Both the position numbers and the translations under genes were made by a program. DNA of 63,346 nt, counting the filler, from Octopus bimaculoides (Eukaryota): NCBI RefSeq assembly GCF_001194135.2. It is 4 parts of 4 records of this genome, joined end to end, with 100 filler letters (N's around TTAATTAATTAA, not from the genome) between each part and the next. Parts side by side here need not be neighbours in the genome. Positions count along the whole stretch, not along the records: positions 1 to 19,690 come from NC_068990.1; positions 19,791 to 29,594 come from NC_069004.1; 2 more parts are not named here. One strand, 5' to 3'. Positions 11,430 through 25,054 of this stretch are shown piece by piece (the first letter of the stretch is position 1; each line of letters begins with the position of its first letter). Below the pieces are notes generated by a model, which saw only the letters and a program-made list of their open reading frames with translations, made no database searches and had not been told where the DNA came from.

Positions 11430-11760
11430 ACTGTAGAGGGAACCTGTGGAACAGGTAGACCAAGAAGATATGGAATGAGGTAATGAAGCATAATCTTCAA
11501 ATGTTGGGCCTCATGGAGGCAATGACTGGTGACCAAAACCTTTGGCGATATACAGTGCTTGAGAAGACCGGCTAAGCCAAGTGAAATCATAGTTGTGACC
11601 GATGCCAGTGTTGCGTATCTGGCACCTGTGCTGGTGGCACTTCAAATGCACTCTTCAAACTTTGCACCTCACACAGGCAGTGACAAGTGACTGAAATGTT
11701 TGGCAATATACTCTGCTTGAGAAAACCTGTCAAGCCAAATGAGATTGTAGGCATGGCTGA
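11430..11760 (+). mobile_element. RTE LINE 3'-end fragments
   Basis: VEGTCGTGRPR...KHNLQMLGLMEAMTGDQNLWRYTVLEKT; same family as 8230-8420 and 32760-32870. Confidence 0.75.
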
Positions 11761-12899
11761 TGCTGGTGTTTTGTCATTGGTATGTATAAAGCACTCACTA
11801 CTCTCTTGGCCACTGGAATTGAGCCTAAATCGCTTGAAACACAAGCCAAAGACCGCACCAAGTGGTAGTGTTCCATTACCATCGGAACCAAAAACTTCAA
11901 ACCCACCATAAGAGAAAAGGAAGAAATCAAATGCTAGGAGAGAAAGGCTCAGTAGAAAACAAAAGAGCATGAAGAGAACTAAAGAATAAAGTAGGATTTA
12001 CTGTATTAAGAGAGTGTAAAAGAAAAATAATCAGTTAAACCCATTTATGTCATGCTTCCAAGTTTTAGTATGACATATTGTTTCTTTTGCTTCTTTGAAT
12101 GTGTGGATGCTGGACACTGGTTAGTGGGTAAAGGAATGGCTTATGGTGATGTGTTTGAAGATGTGATGGCTTTGCATATGTAGTAGAATACTATGAATGT
12201 GTTTATAAAAGTAAGCAGTGAGGAAGGGCTAGTTTTACCAATAGTGCAGCAGAAGTTTTGTCTCATATGATATAGTGACTTAGTAAAAATAGTCAACAGA
12301 GACACTCACTACATTCAAATATTTACTTGTTCTCATTGCTATATGTTGTCTCAAAAAATAACCATAATTTTTTGTATCAATACTTTAATCAGCCATCAAT
12401 TTAAAACAATATTATTACAGCATGCACTTACTGAAAATCTACAGGTGTCAGAGTAGTTCTTTTATATTCTTGATCCATCAATTTCTTGCTCATGTAATTA
12501 CTCCATTCTAGAGCATCTTTTTTTGCACTAGCTGTAGTTGATTATTATAATGCTATACCAATATTTCCTGGTTGATTATGGACCAATGAGGGTGTTTCTC
12601 TGTATCAGTTATAGGCAACCTGTGGCTCACAGAACTTTTGGAATTGCAGGCCTAATGAAAAATTGCCTTCAGTTTTGTTGTTGTATAGCCTTCCCGATGA
12701 TGACCCATGCCTCATGCAGACCACTTCTCAAAAAAAAAAAGGTTACCGATACTTGCTCTACATTGTTACCCAACTTGCTAGAAATATCTCTTGGATCTCA
12801 CCCTCTCATTTTAAAAATGTCTTGTTAGATAAAATGGTTCTGAATTTCCTACACGTGAGAAAAAGACAAGCTGGTCACAAGTAGAATGCCTTTGATTAT

Positions 12900-13540
12900 A
12901 GTCAGAAATGACTTGTGTTTAAAGAACATTAACAACCTGATTGATTATCTTGTTTCCTACTACATTGGGTATTTTCAGCCTTTCAGCTACAATTGTACTA
13001 ATTGCTTTTCATACCTTCTTATCCTTACTGGCCCTTTTGCCTGTATAACTACTTAAATAGTAGTTATACATATAGTAATCCATATTTATATGATGCACTC
13101 TCCCCATTTAGCAACCTCTCATCATAGCATTTCCATGCCTCTTTCTTTTTGATTGTAATGAACGTGCGTGTATATCTATTATTACATTGACACTTCACAC
13201 CAACACCATCCCAATTCACACTGATTATACTACTTTGCAATTCAGAACATTCATACATCTAATCTTCAAATTACAGAACTTAGGCTGACTACTTACTTTC
13301 AACCACTCTCCTTCCTAAGTATATCCAATATTTAGCTATCTGATGTTGCAGCTTACTTTCCCTCACTCTTTCCAGGTCCATCTCTTAACTTTTATGGCTT
13401 TGTCATTGAGGTTTTGCAAGAGGCTGTCATGAAAATTGTCCTTTGGATCATCTGTAACTTCTGATGGTGTATATGCAAAGATAACTATTGCTGTTGTATT
13501 GCCTATGACTACTTCAGTTACTCTATACATTTCTCGGCCT
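12900..13540 (-). mobile_element. Decayed APE endonuclease region of an RTE-like LINE
   Basis: Minus strand IVIFAYTPSEVTDDPKDNFHDSLL resembles the IxxYAP...KDxFY motif. Heavily mutated. Confidence 0.5.
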
Positions 13541-14494
13541 ATTATATGTTATCATTCATTTGAACATTGTTACCTGTCTAGGAAAAAATGTACCTATTAG
13601 TTCTGGGTTCAATTCCACTGTGCATCAACTGGTGATCTGATGCCCCGTGAGGGAATGTGAAAGATGGAAACTGACTGAAGACTGTTGTTTCTTTGCATCT
13701 GTGTGTCTGTGTGTGTGTACAACAGATGATTTTGTTGATACTTCCTGCCAACAAATTATCCACTTGTTCTGTGCTTTTGAATTCTTCTGGAACTAAAATA
13801 TCCTTACTTATGAAACAGGTAAATGTTTGTAAGAAAAGCATCAAACCACAATATTCTTGCTTCAAGTATAATCCCATCTAACCCCAGTTAGCATGGAAAA
13901 ATAGACATTGAACAAATGAATAAATGGATTTTGTTTGTGAAGACAAAGGCTGAGGCTTCTCTCAATCTTAGCTGTATAAATCTAATTGTCTTACAGTATA
14001 AATCTAATTGTCATCACTCAAGTACTTCTACAATCTCTGTATATCTACCTTCCATTATGCTAATATTTATGGTGACATTCTTAAAGTTCTTTGAGAGATT
14101 TTGCTTGGGTAGTGAGTAGGATACTTATGTCTGCACATGAAAAGAAGAGAGTTTCTGGGATTGTCTACAGTTGTAATATAATATTTCTGTTATATGATAT
14201 TACTAAAAGGTCTTGTCTTCTGAGTTAAAAAAGAAATAATTTCTTAATATTAAGTTTTGAATATTGCTTTTCATTCAGAAATTTCATGAGCATATCTATT
14301 TGCTTTCATATTTTTAAGCTGTTGGTGAAATTCTGTGGTGTTGTTTTTGAATTTGAAAAATTTAACTGGAGTTGTGAGTCACTTTATGTTCCTGATGGTT
14401 TGGTTGATGGACGATTAATTCCTGTAAAGTAAGTTTAATTTATGAACTTTTATGTTTGATTTTCTCCTATTTTTCATAAATATCTAATATAGAT

Positions 14495-14635
14495 ACAATC
14501 GCAGCATGGAAGGTGTTTATAAGCCATTTAATTTGTCAAAATATTTTCGCTGCTTTGAGACCGCAACCTGTTCACTGACAAAATTCCGTGCCTTGTTTTT
14601 AAATGACTTATAAACACCTTCCACGCTGCAATTGT
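14495..14635. mobile_element. Small foldback/MITE-like element with ~36-bp inverted arms
   Basis: ACAATCGCAGCATGGAAGGTGTTTATAAGCCATTTA versus reverse complement of 14600-14635, ACAATTGCAGCGTGGAAGGTGTTTATAAGTCATTTA (3 mismatches). Confidence 0.7.
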
Positions 14636-15951
14636 TTTTGTTTCAGCACACTATCTCAAATAAGGTCACTTGCTATGCAAGTACATCTCCATAAAAATAA
14701 TATAGATAATTTGTCATATATAAATTGTGCTGATGAAATATTGATTGATTATACCTCTCTATCTGCCAGTCATGTATTGGATTGAAAGCTTCTCATTAAA
14801 TGATGCCATTGCTGCATGCACTGTCAGGGATCTTTCTGACACATACACTCTGTCTATTTTGGTGTATTCCAAGATTCACTTATGTTCCCCATTTTTCCAT
14901 CTCTTCTCCATTAAGCTTGCTATCACTTCTAGCATTGCTAGAGGTGATAGCAAGCAGGTTGTTAATGACATCAGAGGAAAATATCTGCCAATGACTTCTG
15001 TGCATATTAACTAATGATTTGGGATGGAATTCCTAATCATGTTCTGCACTATCAAACATTATCAATTGATTCTTGATTCACATAATTCTCAAGCTACCTA
15101 GAGTAATAAGGCGGTTTAAGAGGAAACAAAAAAAAAAGTCAGGGTTGTGAATTATGTGTGTGAAGGATCATATTTCCAATGCACCATCTAAAGTATCAAA
15201 ACTAATTACTTCTCCCATAAAAAATCAATAAAATTTGTATGAGGTTGATATGAGGTAAAACCTTTGAAAGTAGTACCCCAATGTGACTGTCCAATGACTG
15301 AAATTAGAGAAAGAGTAAAATATACAGCTCTTGATTGAATTTAAATTCAAGTACATATTAAAATTTATGAAATATTGAAATTTTCTCTGGATGTGTATAT
15401 TCAGTTTTGTGTCAGTTACATAATCTTCTCTACGGTGAAATACTGGAGTGTATCCTCAACTTAGACCTTTAAACCAGAGGCCTTGATAAGGAATATGATA
15501 AAAAAGCTTCCTGTGGGGGGGGGGGGGGTGTTTCACTTCAGCTGCATACAGTGTTGAATGAAGGCATGACTCTTAAAAATAGAAATTCATAGAAATAAAA
15601 TCCTTAAATAAATACGACTTCATTTTCATTCTATTACTGGAAAATGTCAGAACAGAGAGTAGAAGTTGTTTTATTTTGTTTTCTTCATTTTGCTACTTCT
15701 GGTTTAATGATTGTTAAATGATGCACTATGAATTGTGAAGTGTTGCTAGATGATGTACTGTCTGACTCACATATATGTAACTATTTTATATAGGTGTACA
15801 GCACCTGAATTACTACCAATTGACCTCCGAGCAAAGCTTATTGTCTGCATGATTCATTTGAAGCATCATAAAATTGTTGAGGTTTGTAAATAAAATTATT
15901 GAGGTTTCTAAAACATGTAATTGTGTGTGTATATATGTATGTGTATGTATA

Positions 15952-16040
<89 letters not shown>

Positions 16041-16051
16041 TCATATAGATA

Positions 16052-16214
16052 GGTGCAGGAGTGGCTGTGTGGTAAGTAGTTTGCTTACCAACACATGGTT
16101 CTTGGTTCAGTCCCACTGCGTGGCACCTTCAGCAAGTGTCTTCTACTATAGCCTCGGTCCAACAAAAGCCTTGCGAGTGGATTTGATAGACAGAAACTGA
16201 AAGAAGCCTATCAT
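16052..16214 (+). mobile_element. tRNA-derived SINE (family A), 5' half
   Basis: A-box-like TGGCTGTGTGG and B-box-like GGTTCAGTCCC; at least nine copies in the window. Confidence 0.85.
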
Positions 16215-16223
16215 ATATATATA

Positions 16224-16430
16224 TCGGAGTGGGTAAGGGACATGGGAGTTATAAGTATGTCTTAGCCAGCGGCCGGTTCATTCAAGATTGTTGCCTACAG
16301 AACTCGGGAGCATAATTTTTTGATAATCAACCCCGTACCATTGCACATTATTGGAGCATCTAAATTCCTTAGCAGCATGATTGGCGCGTCAACTTTCAGG
16401 TGCAGTTTGTGAGCTGGTAGTTTTGCAGGT
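16224..16430 (-). mobile_element. Helitron Pif1-like helicase remnant
   Basis: PAHKLHLKVDAPIMLLRNLDAPIMCNGTGLIIKKL..RVL*ATILNEPAAG*DILI matches the recalled PPHxLxLKVGxPIMLLRNL...LCNGTRL motif; two in-frame stops. Confidence 0.85.
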
Positions 16431-17351
16431 CCCCCCTTTTGTCAGATTTGTCATGGGCCGGCCGATCTATCTCAGATACATGGGAAGCTGGATTNNNNNN
16501 NNNNNNNNNNNNNNNNNNNNNNNNNNNNNNNNNNNNNNNNNNNNNNNNNNNNNNNNNNNNNNNNNNNNNNNNNNNNNNNNNNNNNNNNNNNNNNNNNNNN
16601 NNNNNNNNNNNNNNNNNNNNNNNNNNNNNNNNNNNNNNNNNNNNNNNNNNNNNNNNNNNNNNNNNNNNNNNNNNNNNNNNNNNNNNNNNNNNNNNNNNNN
16701 NNNNNNNNNNNNNNNNNNNNNNNNNNNNNNNNNNNNNNNNNNNNNNNNNNNNNNNNNNNNNNNNNNNNNNNNNNNNNNNNNNNNNNNNNNNNNNNNNNNN
16801 NNNNNNNNNNNNNNNNNNNNNNNNNNNNNNNNNNNNNNNNNNNNNNNNNNNNNNNNNNNNNNNNNNNNNNNNNNNNNNNNNNNNNNNNNNNNNNNNNNNN
16901 NNNNNNNNNNNNNNNNNNNNNNNNNNNNNNNNNNNNNNNNNNNNNNNNNNNNNNNNNNNNNNNNNNNNNNNNNNNNNNNNNNNNNNNNNNNNNNNNNNNN
17001 NNNNNNNNNNNNNNNNNNNNNNNNNNNNNNNNNNNNNNNNNNNNNNNNNNNNNNNNNNNNNNNNNNNNNNNNNNNNNNNNNNNNNNNNNNNNNNNNNNNN
17101 NNNNNNNNNNNNNNNNNNNNNNNNNNNNNNNNNNNNNNNNNNNNNNNNNNNNNNNNNNNNNNNNNNNNNNNNNNNNNNNNNNNNNNNNNNNNNNNNNNNN
17201 NNNNNNNNNNNNNNNNNNNNNNNNNNNNNNNNNNNNNNNNNNNNNNNNNNNNNNNNNNNNNNNNNNNNNNNNNNNNNNNNNNNNNNNNNNNNNNNNNNNN
17301 NNNNNNNNNNNNNNNNNNNNNNNNNNNTATATATATATATTTATAATATAT

Positions 17352-17735
17352 ATCATCATCATCATCATCGTTGATTAATGTCCGCTTTCCATGCTAGCAT
17401 GGGTTGGACGATTTGACGGAGGACTGGCAAGCCAGCAGGCTGCACCAGGCTCCAATCTGAGTTTCTACAGCTGGATGCCCTTCTTAACACCAACTTCCAA
17501 GAGTGTAGTGGGTGCTTTTATGTGCCACCATCATGAGGGCCAGTCACACGGTACTGGCAACGGCCACGCTCAAAAAGGTGCCACCTGCATGGGAGCCAGT
17601 CCAGCGGCACTGGCAACAACCTCGCTCGAATGATTTTCTAATGTGCTACCAACACGAGTGCTAGAAGGCGACGCTGGTAATGATTACGCTCAAATGGTGC
17701 TATTTACGGGCCACTAGCACGGAAGCCAGACAGCT
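17352..17735 (-). mobile_element. RTE 3'-UTR/tail-derived repeat ending in (GAT)n
   Basis: (CAT)n...GTCCGCTTTCCATGCTAGCATGGGTTGGACG...CTACAGCTGGATGCCC; more than ten copies in the window. Confidence 0.75.
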
Positions 17736-17739
17736 GCTC

Positions 17740-17995
17740 TGGCAATAAACACACTCTTTAATTCTAGTGAGACAATCTTCAAATTTGCCTATGTGGTTTG
17801 GAGCATCCAGTAGGCAATATGTATTGCATATGACTATATTATGTTGTCTTATGTATACAATTAGGGTGTCACATACCGAATTTGAGTATGACAGTAAGAC
17901 CTGGGGTGTGAGGTCGTCACGGATGTATACAGCAACTCCACCATGGCTCCTTTCCCTTCTGTCTGTTCGCAGTATGACATATTTTGGTACGTGTA
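17740..17995 (-). mobile_element. CR1-type APE endonuclease fragment
   Basis: YVILRTDRRERSHGGVAVYIRDDL matches the RxDR...GGGVAxY APE motif; runs into an N gap. Confidence 0.75.
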
Positions 17996-18933
17996 NNNNN
18001 NNNNNNNNNNNNNNNNNNNNNNNNNNNNNNNNNNNNNNNNNNNNNNNNNNNNNNNNNNNNNNNNNNNNNNNNNNNNNNNNNNNNNNNNNNNNNNNNNNNN
18101 NNNNNNNNNNNNNNNNNNNNNNNNNNNNNNNNNNNNNNNNNNNNNNNNNNNNNNNNNNNNNNNNNNNNNNNNNNNNNNNNNNNNNNNNNNNNNNNNNNNN
18201 NNNNNNNNNNNNNNNNNNNNNNNNNNNNNNNNNNNNNNNNNNNNNNNNNNNNNNNNNNNNNNNNNNNNNNNNNNNNNNNNNNNNNNNNNNNNNNNNNNNN
18301 NNNNNNNNNNNNNNNNNNNNNNNNNNNNNNNNNNNNNNNNNNNNNNNNNNNNNNNNNNNNNNNNNNNNNNNNNNNNNNNNNNNNNNNNNNNNNNNNNNNN
18401 NNNNNNNNNNNNNNNNNNNNNNNNNNNNNNNNNNNNNNNNNNNNNNNNNNNNNNNNNNNNNNNNNNNNNNNNNNNNNNNNNNNNNNNNNNNNNNNNNNNN
18501 NNNNNNNNNNNNNNNNNNNNNNNNNNNNNNNNNNNNNNNNNNNNNNNNNNNNNNNNNNNNNNNNNNNNNNNNNNNNNNNNNNNNNNNNNNNNNNNNNNNN
18601 NNNNNNNNNNNNNNNNNNNNNNNNNNNNNNNNNNNNNNNNNNNNNNNNNNNNNNNNNNNNNNNNNNNNNNNNNNNNNNNNNNNNNNNNNNNNNNNNNNNN
18701 NNNNNNNNNNNNNNNNNNNNNNNNNNNNNNNNNNNNNNNNNNNNNNNNNNNNNNNNNNNNNNNNNNNNNNNNNNNNNNNNNNNNNNNNNNNNNNNNNNNN
18801 NNNNNNNNNNNNNNNNNNNNNNNNNNNNNNNNNNNNNNNNNNNNNNNNNNNNNNNNNNNNNNNNNNNNNNNNNNNNNNNNNNNNNNNNNNNNNNNNNNNN
18901 NNNNNNNNNNNNNNNNNNNNNNNNNNNNNNNNN

Positions 18934-19690
18934 NGTTTTTTAAGCCCAGAAGGGGAGTAGAGGATAGAGAGGAAGTGAAAGATAGCGGGAGGTAGAAAAG
19001 AAGAAACACAGAGGTGGGGAATAGAGAAAGAGAGAGGGAGATATGAAGGAAAGAGAGAGTGAGATATTAAGGAAAAAGAGAGGGTGATATGAGGAAGAGA
19101 GGGAGTGTGGGGTGTTAGAGACAGAAGGAGGTAGAGGAAGGGGAGAGAAAGAGAGACAGAGGGAGGGAGAGGATGGGAGGAGAAAGAGAGACAGAGGGAG
19201 GGAGAGGATGGGAAGAGAGAGAGAAAGAAACAAGAAAGGATGAAGGATGTGAGAGGAAGGGAGACACGGACTGAGAAGAGGAGGAAAATGAAAAGTGTAT
19301 GAGGGAGAGGGTGAGGTGACAGAAGGAGAAGAAGGCGTTGTGAGATACAATGGAAAGGGAAGAGAACTGAGAAAAGTGGAAGATATGAAAGCGAAGGGGA
19401 CAGATGAGAAAAAGGAATGAGATATGGAAAGAAGAGGAAGATATGAAAGCGAGGGAGGGAGATGAGAAAAAGAGTAAGATATGGAAGACAGAGAGGGAGA
19501 GAGATAGGTGTAAAGAGATAAAGGGAGAGAGAGAGAGAGGAAGCAGTACTTATGAAAAAGAGTGGGAGCAGGTAACGAAGATGTGTAGGAAAATGAAAAA
19601 TTCGTAATTCTAAATGGGATTTGTAATTCAAAGAGTTGTAGAGATAAAGCGAAAAGAAACGAAACGATAGTGAAAAGAAGGGGGGGGGGG
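18934..19690. repeat. GA-rich polypurine low-complexity tract
   Basis: Dominated by G/A on the plus strand; generates spurious L/S/P-rich ORFs. Confidence 0.9.
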
Positions 19691-19790
19691 NNNNNNNNNN
19701 NNNNNNNNNNNNNNNNNNNNNNNNNNNNNNNNNNTTAATTAATTAANNNNNNNNNNNNNNNNNNNNNNNNNNNNNNNNNNNNNNNNNNNN
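19691..19790. other. Artificial scaffold linker
   Basis: 44 N + TTAATTAATTAA + 44 N; the 12-mer gives stops in all six frames. Confidence 0.95.
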
Positions 19791-20023
19791 ATTGAAAAAT
19801 TTATGAAACAAAGTAACACGCATACACATTCACACACACACATGCATGCACATTCACGCATACACAATCACACACGCATATACATGCACAGACACGCATA
19901 CACATTCGTTCACACACACACACACACACACACACGTACATGTATTTGTATATGTATGTGTGTATGTATAATTTTATATATATATACAAACGCAAATATA
20001 TAAATAGAGAGAGAGAGGGGGGG

Positions 20024-20060
<37 letters not shown>

Positions 20061-20774
20061 TTGCGCGGGACCCATTTGTCAAACACGTTCTACCTTTCTA
20101 CGATTTAATATGGTGCAAGTATCAAACATTAAGTGAACATTTACTTCTGCAATATCTGGAGTTGCTGTGCGTGAGTCTGTTTCACCAATGACTCTTAATT
20201 GATTATTCTTAATCGTAGTAGATCATCCACCACTTTCTTCAAAGATCCTCGCTAAAACTTTTGGAATTAATGTGGATTGTTGACAATTTTGTTGACAGTT
20301 TTCTGCCCAAAAGTTTGGCTGAAAATGAAGTAGTTTCTGTAGTTCTGTTTGCCATTTTAAATCCAAATAATAAAATACTCGAATATGCTTTCTTTCTTTT
20401 CTTTTCTTTTCTTTTTCTTTTTCTTNNNNNNNNNNNNNNNNNNNNNNNNNNNNNNNNNNNNNNNNNNNNNNNNNNNNNNNNNNNNNNNNNNNNNNNNNNN
20501 NNNNNNNNNNNNNNNNNNNNNNNNNNNNNNNNNNNNNNNNNNNNNNNNNNNNNNNNNNNNNNNNNNNNNNNNNNNNNNNNNNNNNNNNNNNNNNNNNNNN
20601 NNNNNNNNNNNNNNNNNNNNNNNNNNNNNNNNNNNNNNNNNNNNNNNNNNNNNNNNNNNNNNNNNNNNNNNNNNNNNNNNNNNNNNNNNNNNNNNNNNNN
20701 NNNNNNNNNNNNNNNNNNNNNNNNNNNNNNNNNNNNNNNNNNNNNNNNNNNNNNNNNNNNNNNNNNNNNNNTAT

Positions 20775-21080
20775 TCTATCGTTCTCTTTTTGCCGAACCG
20801 CTAAGTTACGGGGACGTAAACACACCAGCCTCGGTTGTCAAGCGAAGTTGGGGGGGGACAAACACAGACACACAAACATATACACACATACATATATATA
20901 TATATACATATATATACGACGGGCTTCTTTCAGTTTCCGTCTACCAAATCCACTCACAAGGCTTTGGTCGGCTTGAGGCTATAGTAGAAGACACTTGCCT
21001 AAGGTGCCACGCAGTGGGACTGAACCCAGAACCATGTGGTTGGCAAACAACCTACTTACCACACAGCCATTCCTGCGCCT
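20775..21080 (-). mobile_element. tRNA-derived SINE (family A) with internal microsatellite
   Basis: Reverse complement of the head at 20916-21080, (CA)/(TA) middle, 3' module GAACCGCTAAGTTACGGGGACGTAAACACACC. Confidence 0.85.
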
Positions 21081-21084
21081 ATTG

Positions 21085-22200
21085 GTAAAAAACAACAACT
21101 CATCAACAGCAGATATGACGTCATCATCACTACGCTACTTCTTGCCAGCCAAGCGTCTTTTTTTATGTTGGGGAACAGACGATAGTCAAACGGGATCAAA
21201 TCAGAATAGGCACAGTACAAAGCCAGTTCAAAGCCATAGTCACGCATAGCAGCCACTGAAACCAATGACTTGTGTGCTGGAGCATTTTCCTGATGAAACA
21301 AGACCCTTTCATCAGTTTTCCTGGGCGTTTGTTCTTGATACCTTTTCATAACTGCCTCAGTGAGTTGGCACAGTACTCTCCATTGATGGTGTAACCCTTT
21401 TGAAGATGGTCAATAAACACAATGCCTTTTGCATCCTTAAAATCTCAAACCATCACCTTCTCTGCACGTAAAACCACCCAGGCCTTTTTTGAAGCAGGTG
21501 AGGAAGTGTTACAGCTGCACAGATTCTCTTTGTCTCTGGCTCAAAGTGATGAACTAAACACTCGTTCTGGGTTAGGAAACTTTCAAAGAAACTAGCTGGA
21601 TTTGTTCCAAACAATGTCAAATTTTGCCGTAATGGGATCTGCCTGGTGCGCTTTTGATCAGGTGTCAGAAGACGTATCCCCTACCGAGCAGAAACCTTCG
21701 TCATGCCAAGTTCATTGTGAAGGATATTCTCAACTCTCTTCGAGATATGATTACAACGTTAGCTATTTGATTTATTGTCTGTCATCCATCACCATGTGGT
21801 GAACATAATCAATGTTTTCTTTGGTGGTGGTAGTTGCAGGACATCCAGACCTTGGGTCATCTCCAAGACTCTCCCTTTCCCTAATGAAACCAGCTGCCTA
21901 CTTCTGCACTGCTGATAAAGCTGGAGCATCATCCCCTAATGTAGCAACCATATCAGCATGAATGTCCTTGGAGGCTAAACCCTTTTTCTGGAAGTACTTG
22001 AATACACCACGATGCCAAGTTTTGTTGATTTTCAAGAGAAGTCTCCTAGTTGTTTTTGTTGTCTTCTATGAACAGTCAGATGTCAGTTTACCCGAAAAGA
22101 ATCAATGCAGTTATTAACAAAAAGGATTGAAATTAATGCATACAAGATTTCCCATCTCTAGCATCACTTCTTCATAGTCAGCCTATGAACTTTTCAACTC
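21085..22200 (-). mobile_element. Decayed mariner element, most of the transposase
   Basis: LFHQENAPAHKSLVSV...SDLIPFDYRLFPNIKK corresponds to the HQDNAPAH and YSPDLAPSDYxLF motifs; N-terminus homologous to 7030-7310. Confidence 0.85.
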
Positions 22201-22791
22201 ATCTCCGTAATTAGAACGAAATCTTCCCTTCAAAATGTTATATTACTAGCATTGAGTTGAAAATGAAGATGAATGTTTGAAATAACGAAAACTGCAATTA
22301 TGCTTGCAACAGCCATAATCATACAGCGGTGAATTAGAAAAATCGTTGGAGCGTCGGAGAAATACCTTATTATATTTCTTCCGGCTCATTACTTCCTGAA
22401 TTTAAATTCCGTCTAGGTTGAATTTGCTTTGAATTCATTTGGAGTTGATAAATTAAAATACCAGTCAAGTATTGGGTCGTATTGTACGTTTGCCAACTCT
22501 GTGTTTAAATTCGACATTTAAGAGAGCAATGAATAGAGACAGTTGTAGACAGTGTCGTAGAAAAGTTCAAATCTCACCGAGATGAACTTTAATTTTCGTC
22601 ATTATGAAGGTCGATCGAATAGTGAACCAGTTAAGCACATGGGTTTATTTAGATTGACTATCGATGTGTCCGACAACAGAAACACCACGAACAGTTGAAG
22701 TGACACACCGACTAGTATACACAGCCGTTACATCAATATTATTAATATGAACACTTCCCACACACACGCACATGAACATATGTAAATGTAG

Positions 22792-22955
22792 GGGAAGACG
22801 TGGTTGTGTGGTAAAAAGCTTGCTTCCCAACCACATGGTTCTGGGTTCAGTCCCACTGCGTGGCACCTTGGGAAAGTGCCTTTTGCTATAGCCTTCGGCC
22901 GACCAAAGTCTTATGAGTGGATTTGGTGGACGGAAACTGAAAGAAGCCCATCGTA
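22792..22955 (+). mobile_element. tRNA-derived SINE (family A), 5' half, followed by (TG)n and a gap
   Basis: Same sequence as 16052-16214 and 34803-34962. Confidence 0.85.
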
Positions 22956-23288
22956 TATTTGAGTGTGTGTGTGTTTGTTTGTGTTGTGTGTGTTTGTTTG
23001 TGTTGTGTTTGTGTGTGTGTGTGTGTNNNNNNNNNNNNNNNNNNNNNNNNNNNNNNNNNNNNNNNNNNNNNNNNNNNNNNNNNNNNNNNNNNNNNNNNNN
23101 NNNNNNNNNNNNNNNNNNNNNNNNNNNNNNNNNNNNNNNNNNNNNNNNNNNNNNNNNNNNNNNNNNNNNNNNNNNNNNNNNNNNNNNNNNNNNNNNNNNN
23201 NNNNNNNNNNNNNNNNNNNNNNNNNNNNNNNNNNNNNNNNNNNNNNNNNNNNNNNNNNNNNNNNNNNNNNNNNNNNNNNNNNTAAAAC

Positions 23289-23364
<76 letters not shown>

Positions 23365-23408
23365 AGTAGTAGTAGTAGTATTAATGGTGGTAGTAGTAGT
23401 AGTAGTAA

Positions 23409-23458
<50 letters not shown>

Positions 23459-23467
23459 TTAATCGTG

Positions 23468-23512
<45 letters not shown>
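23289..23512. repeat. Compound (TAT)n/(TAG)n microsatellite
   Basis: Direct reading. Confidence 0.95.
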
Positions 23513-23514
<2 letters not shown>

Positions 23515-24437
23515 TGGAATTGTGATGCTCTAAAGTGTTTCCTATGTGCAAGTGTGCGCGTAAGATTCCACACGTCTTTATATGAACTTCGCTCTTTCTA
23601 TTTATCCCCTTCCGTACGTACATATACATATATGTATATGTATGCATGCATGTATGTATGTATTATGTGTGTATGTATGTATGTATATATGTATAAACAC
23701 AAACATGTTTTCTCTAAATGTTTGTCAGTGTATGTATTTGAACATAATTGTGCGTGTTAGTTTGTACATATTTATGTATGTACATGTACGAATGCATGTC
23801 CTGGTCTTTGTCTCCGTGCATGTCTGCGTGCGTCTATGTATGTATGCACCAGTTTCAATTAGGGTGTGTGTGTATGTGTGTAGGAGGTGTATCGCTATTT
23901 TCTATAAGAGACAAAGAATTTCCATTTCAAAAACACAACAGCCAGCCTACCAACCAACAAACCAGCCAGCCAGCCATCAAGTGCCATCATCACAATTACC
24001 GCCACGCCAACACCAACACCAACACATCCAAACTACCGCAACAATAACAACAACAACAACAACAACAACACAAAACTCAGCAAGTGACAACAACAATAAT
24101 AACAAAAACAATAAGGAGATGAGACGTGCAATATAAAACGTTCAATTTAGCCGTAGGTAAGTCTAGAAATGTTAAAGTGGAAAAGGTCAAAGAAGAAAGA
24201 TACGAAAGAATACAGGTGTCCTCAGCCATGAAATATGAATTCCTGTGATGTTGGAAAAGTTATCTATTGAAATGGTAAAGAATCAAACAGATTGAAAGTT
24301 TCCTGTGTTGCTTTCTTCAATTCACTAAAGCGTTACACAACTCCATTCAAAACTAGGTTCATATATTCATACAATCATATAAATAATACATGTATGCATG
24401 ACGAAAAACATATTAATGATTATACACACATACATCC

Positions 24438-24502
<65 letters not shown>

Positions 24503-24601
24503 NNNNNNNNNNNNNNNNNNNNNNNNNNNNNNNNNNNNNNNNNNNNNNNNNNNNNNNNNNNNNNNNNNNNNNNNNNNNNNNNNNNNNNNNNNNNNNNNNN
24601 N

Positions 24602-24634
<33 letters not shown>

Positions 24635-24944
24635 TATATCTACATATTTATATATACATACATATATATGTATTTATACATATACATATATACAAGCATA
24701 TATGCATACATACAATACATATAATACATACAATACATATAATACATGTATATACATATATTATGTATTTAATATATATGCATCCATATGTGCCGACATG
24801 TATTTCTACAAGCATGTGTCTGTGTGCCCTACTTCTACATGTATATATATATGTACATCTATATAAAGATATATATACATATACATATATATACATTCTT
24901 ATATATGAATATACATGTATGTATATGCAGTGTGTGTACCTATA

Positions 24945-24978
<34 letters not shown>

Positions 24979-25014
24979 GGATATATATATGATACATATC
25001 GGTGTGTGAGCATG

Positions 25015-25054
<40 letters not shown>

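Noticed and set aside
13578-13877. 99-aa ORF that looks like unique sequence
   Set aside because: Runs through (CA)n and a decayed SINE; no homology recognised.
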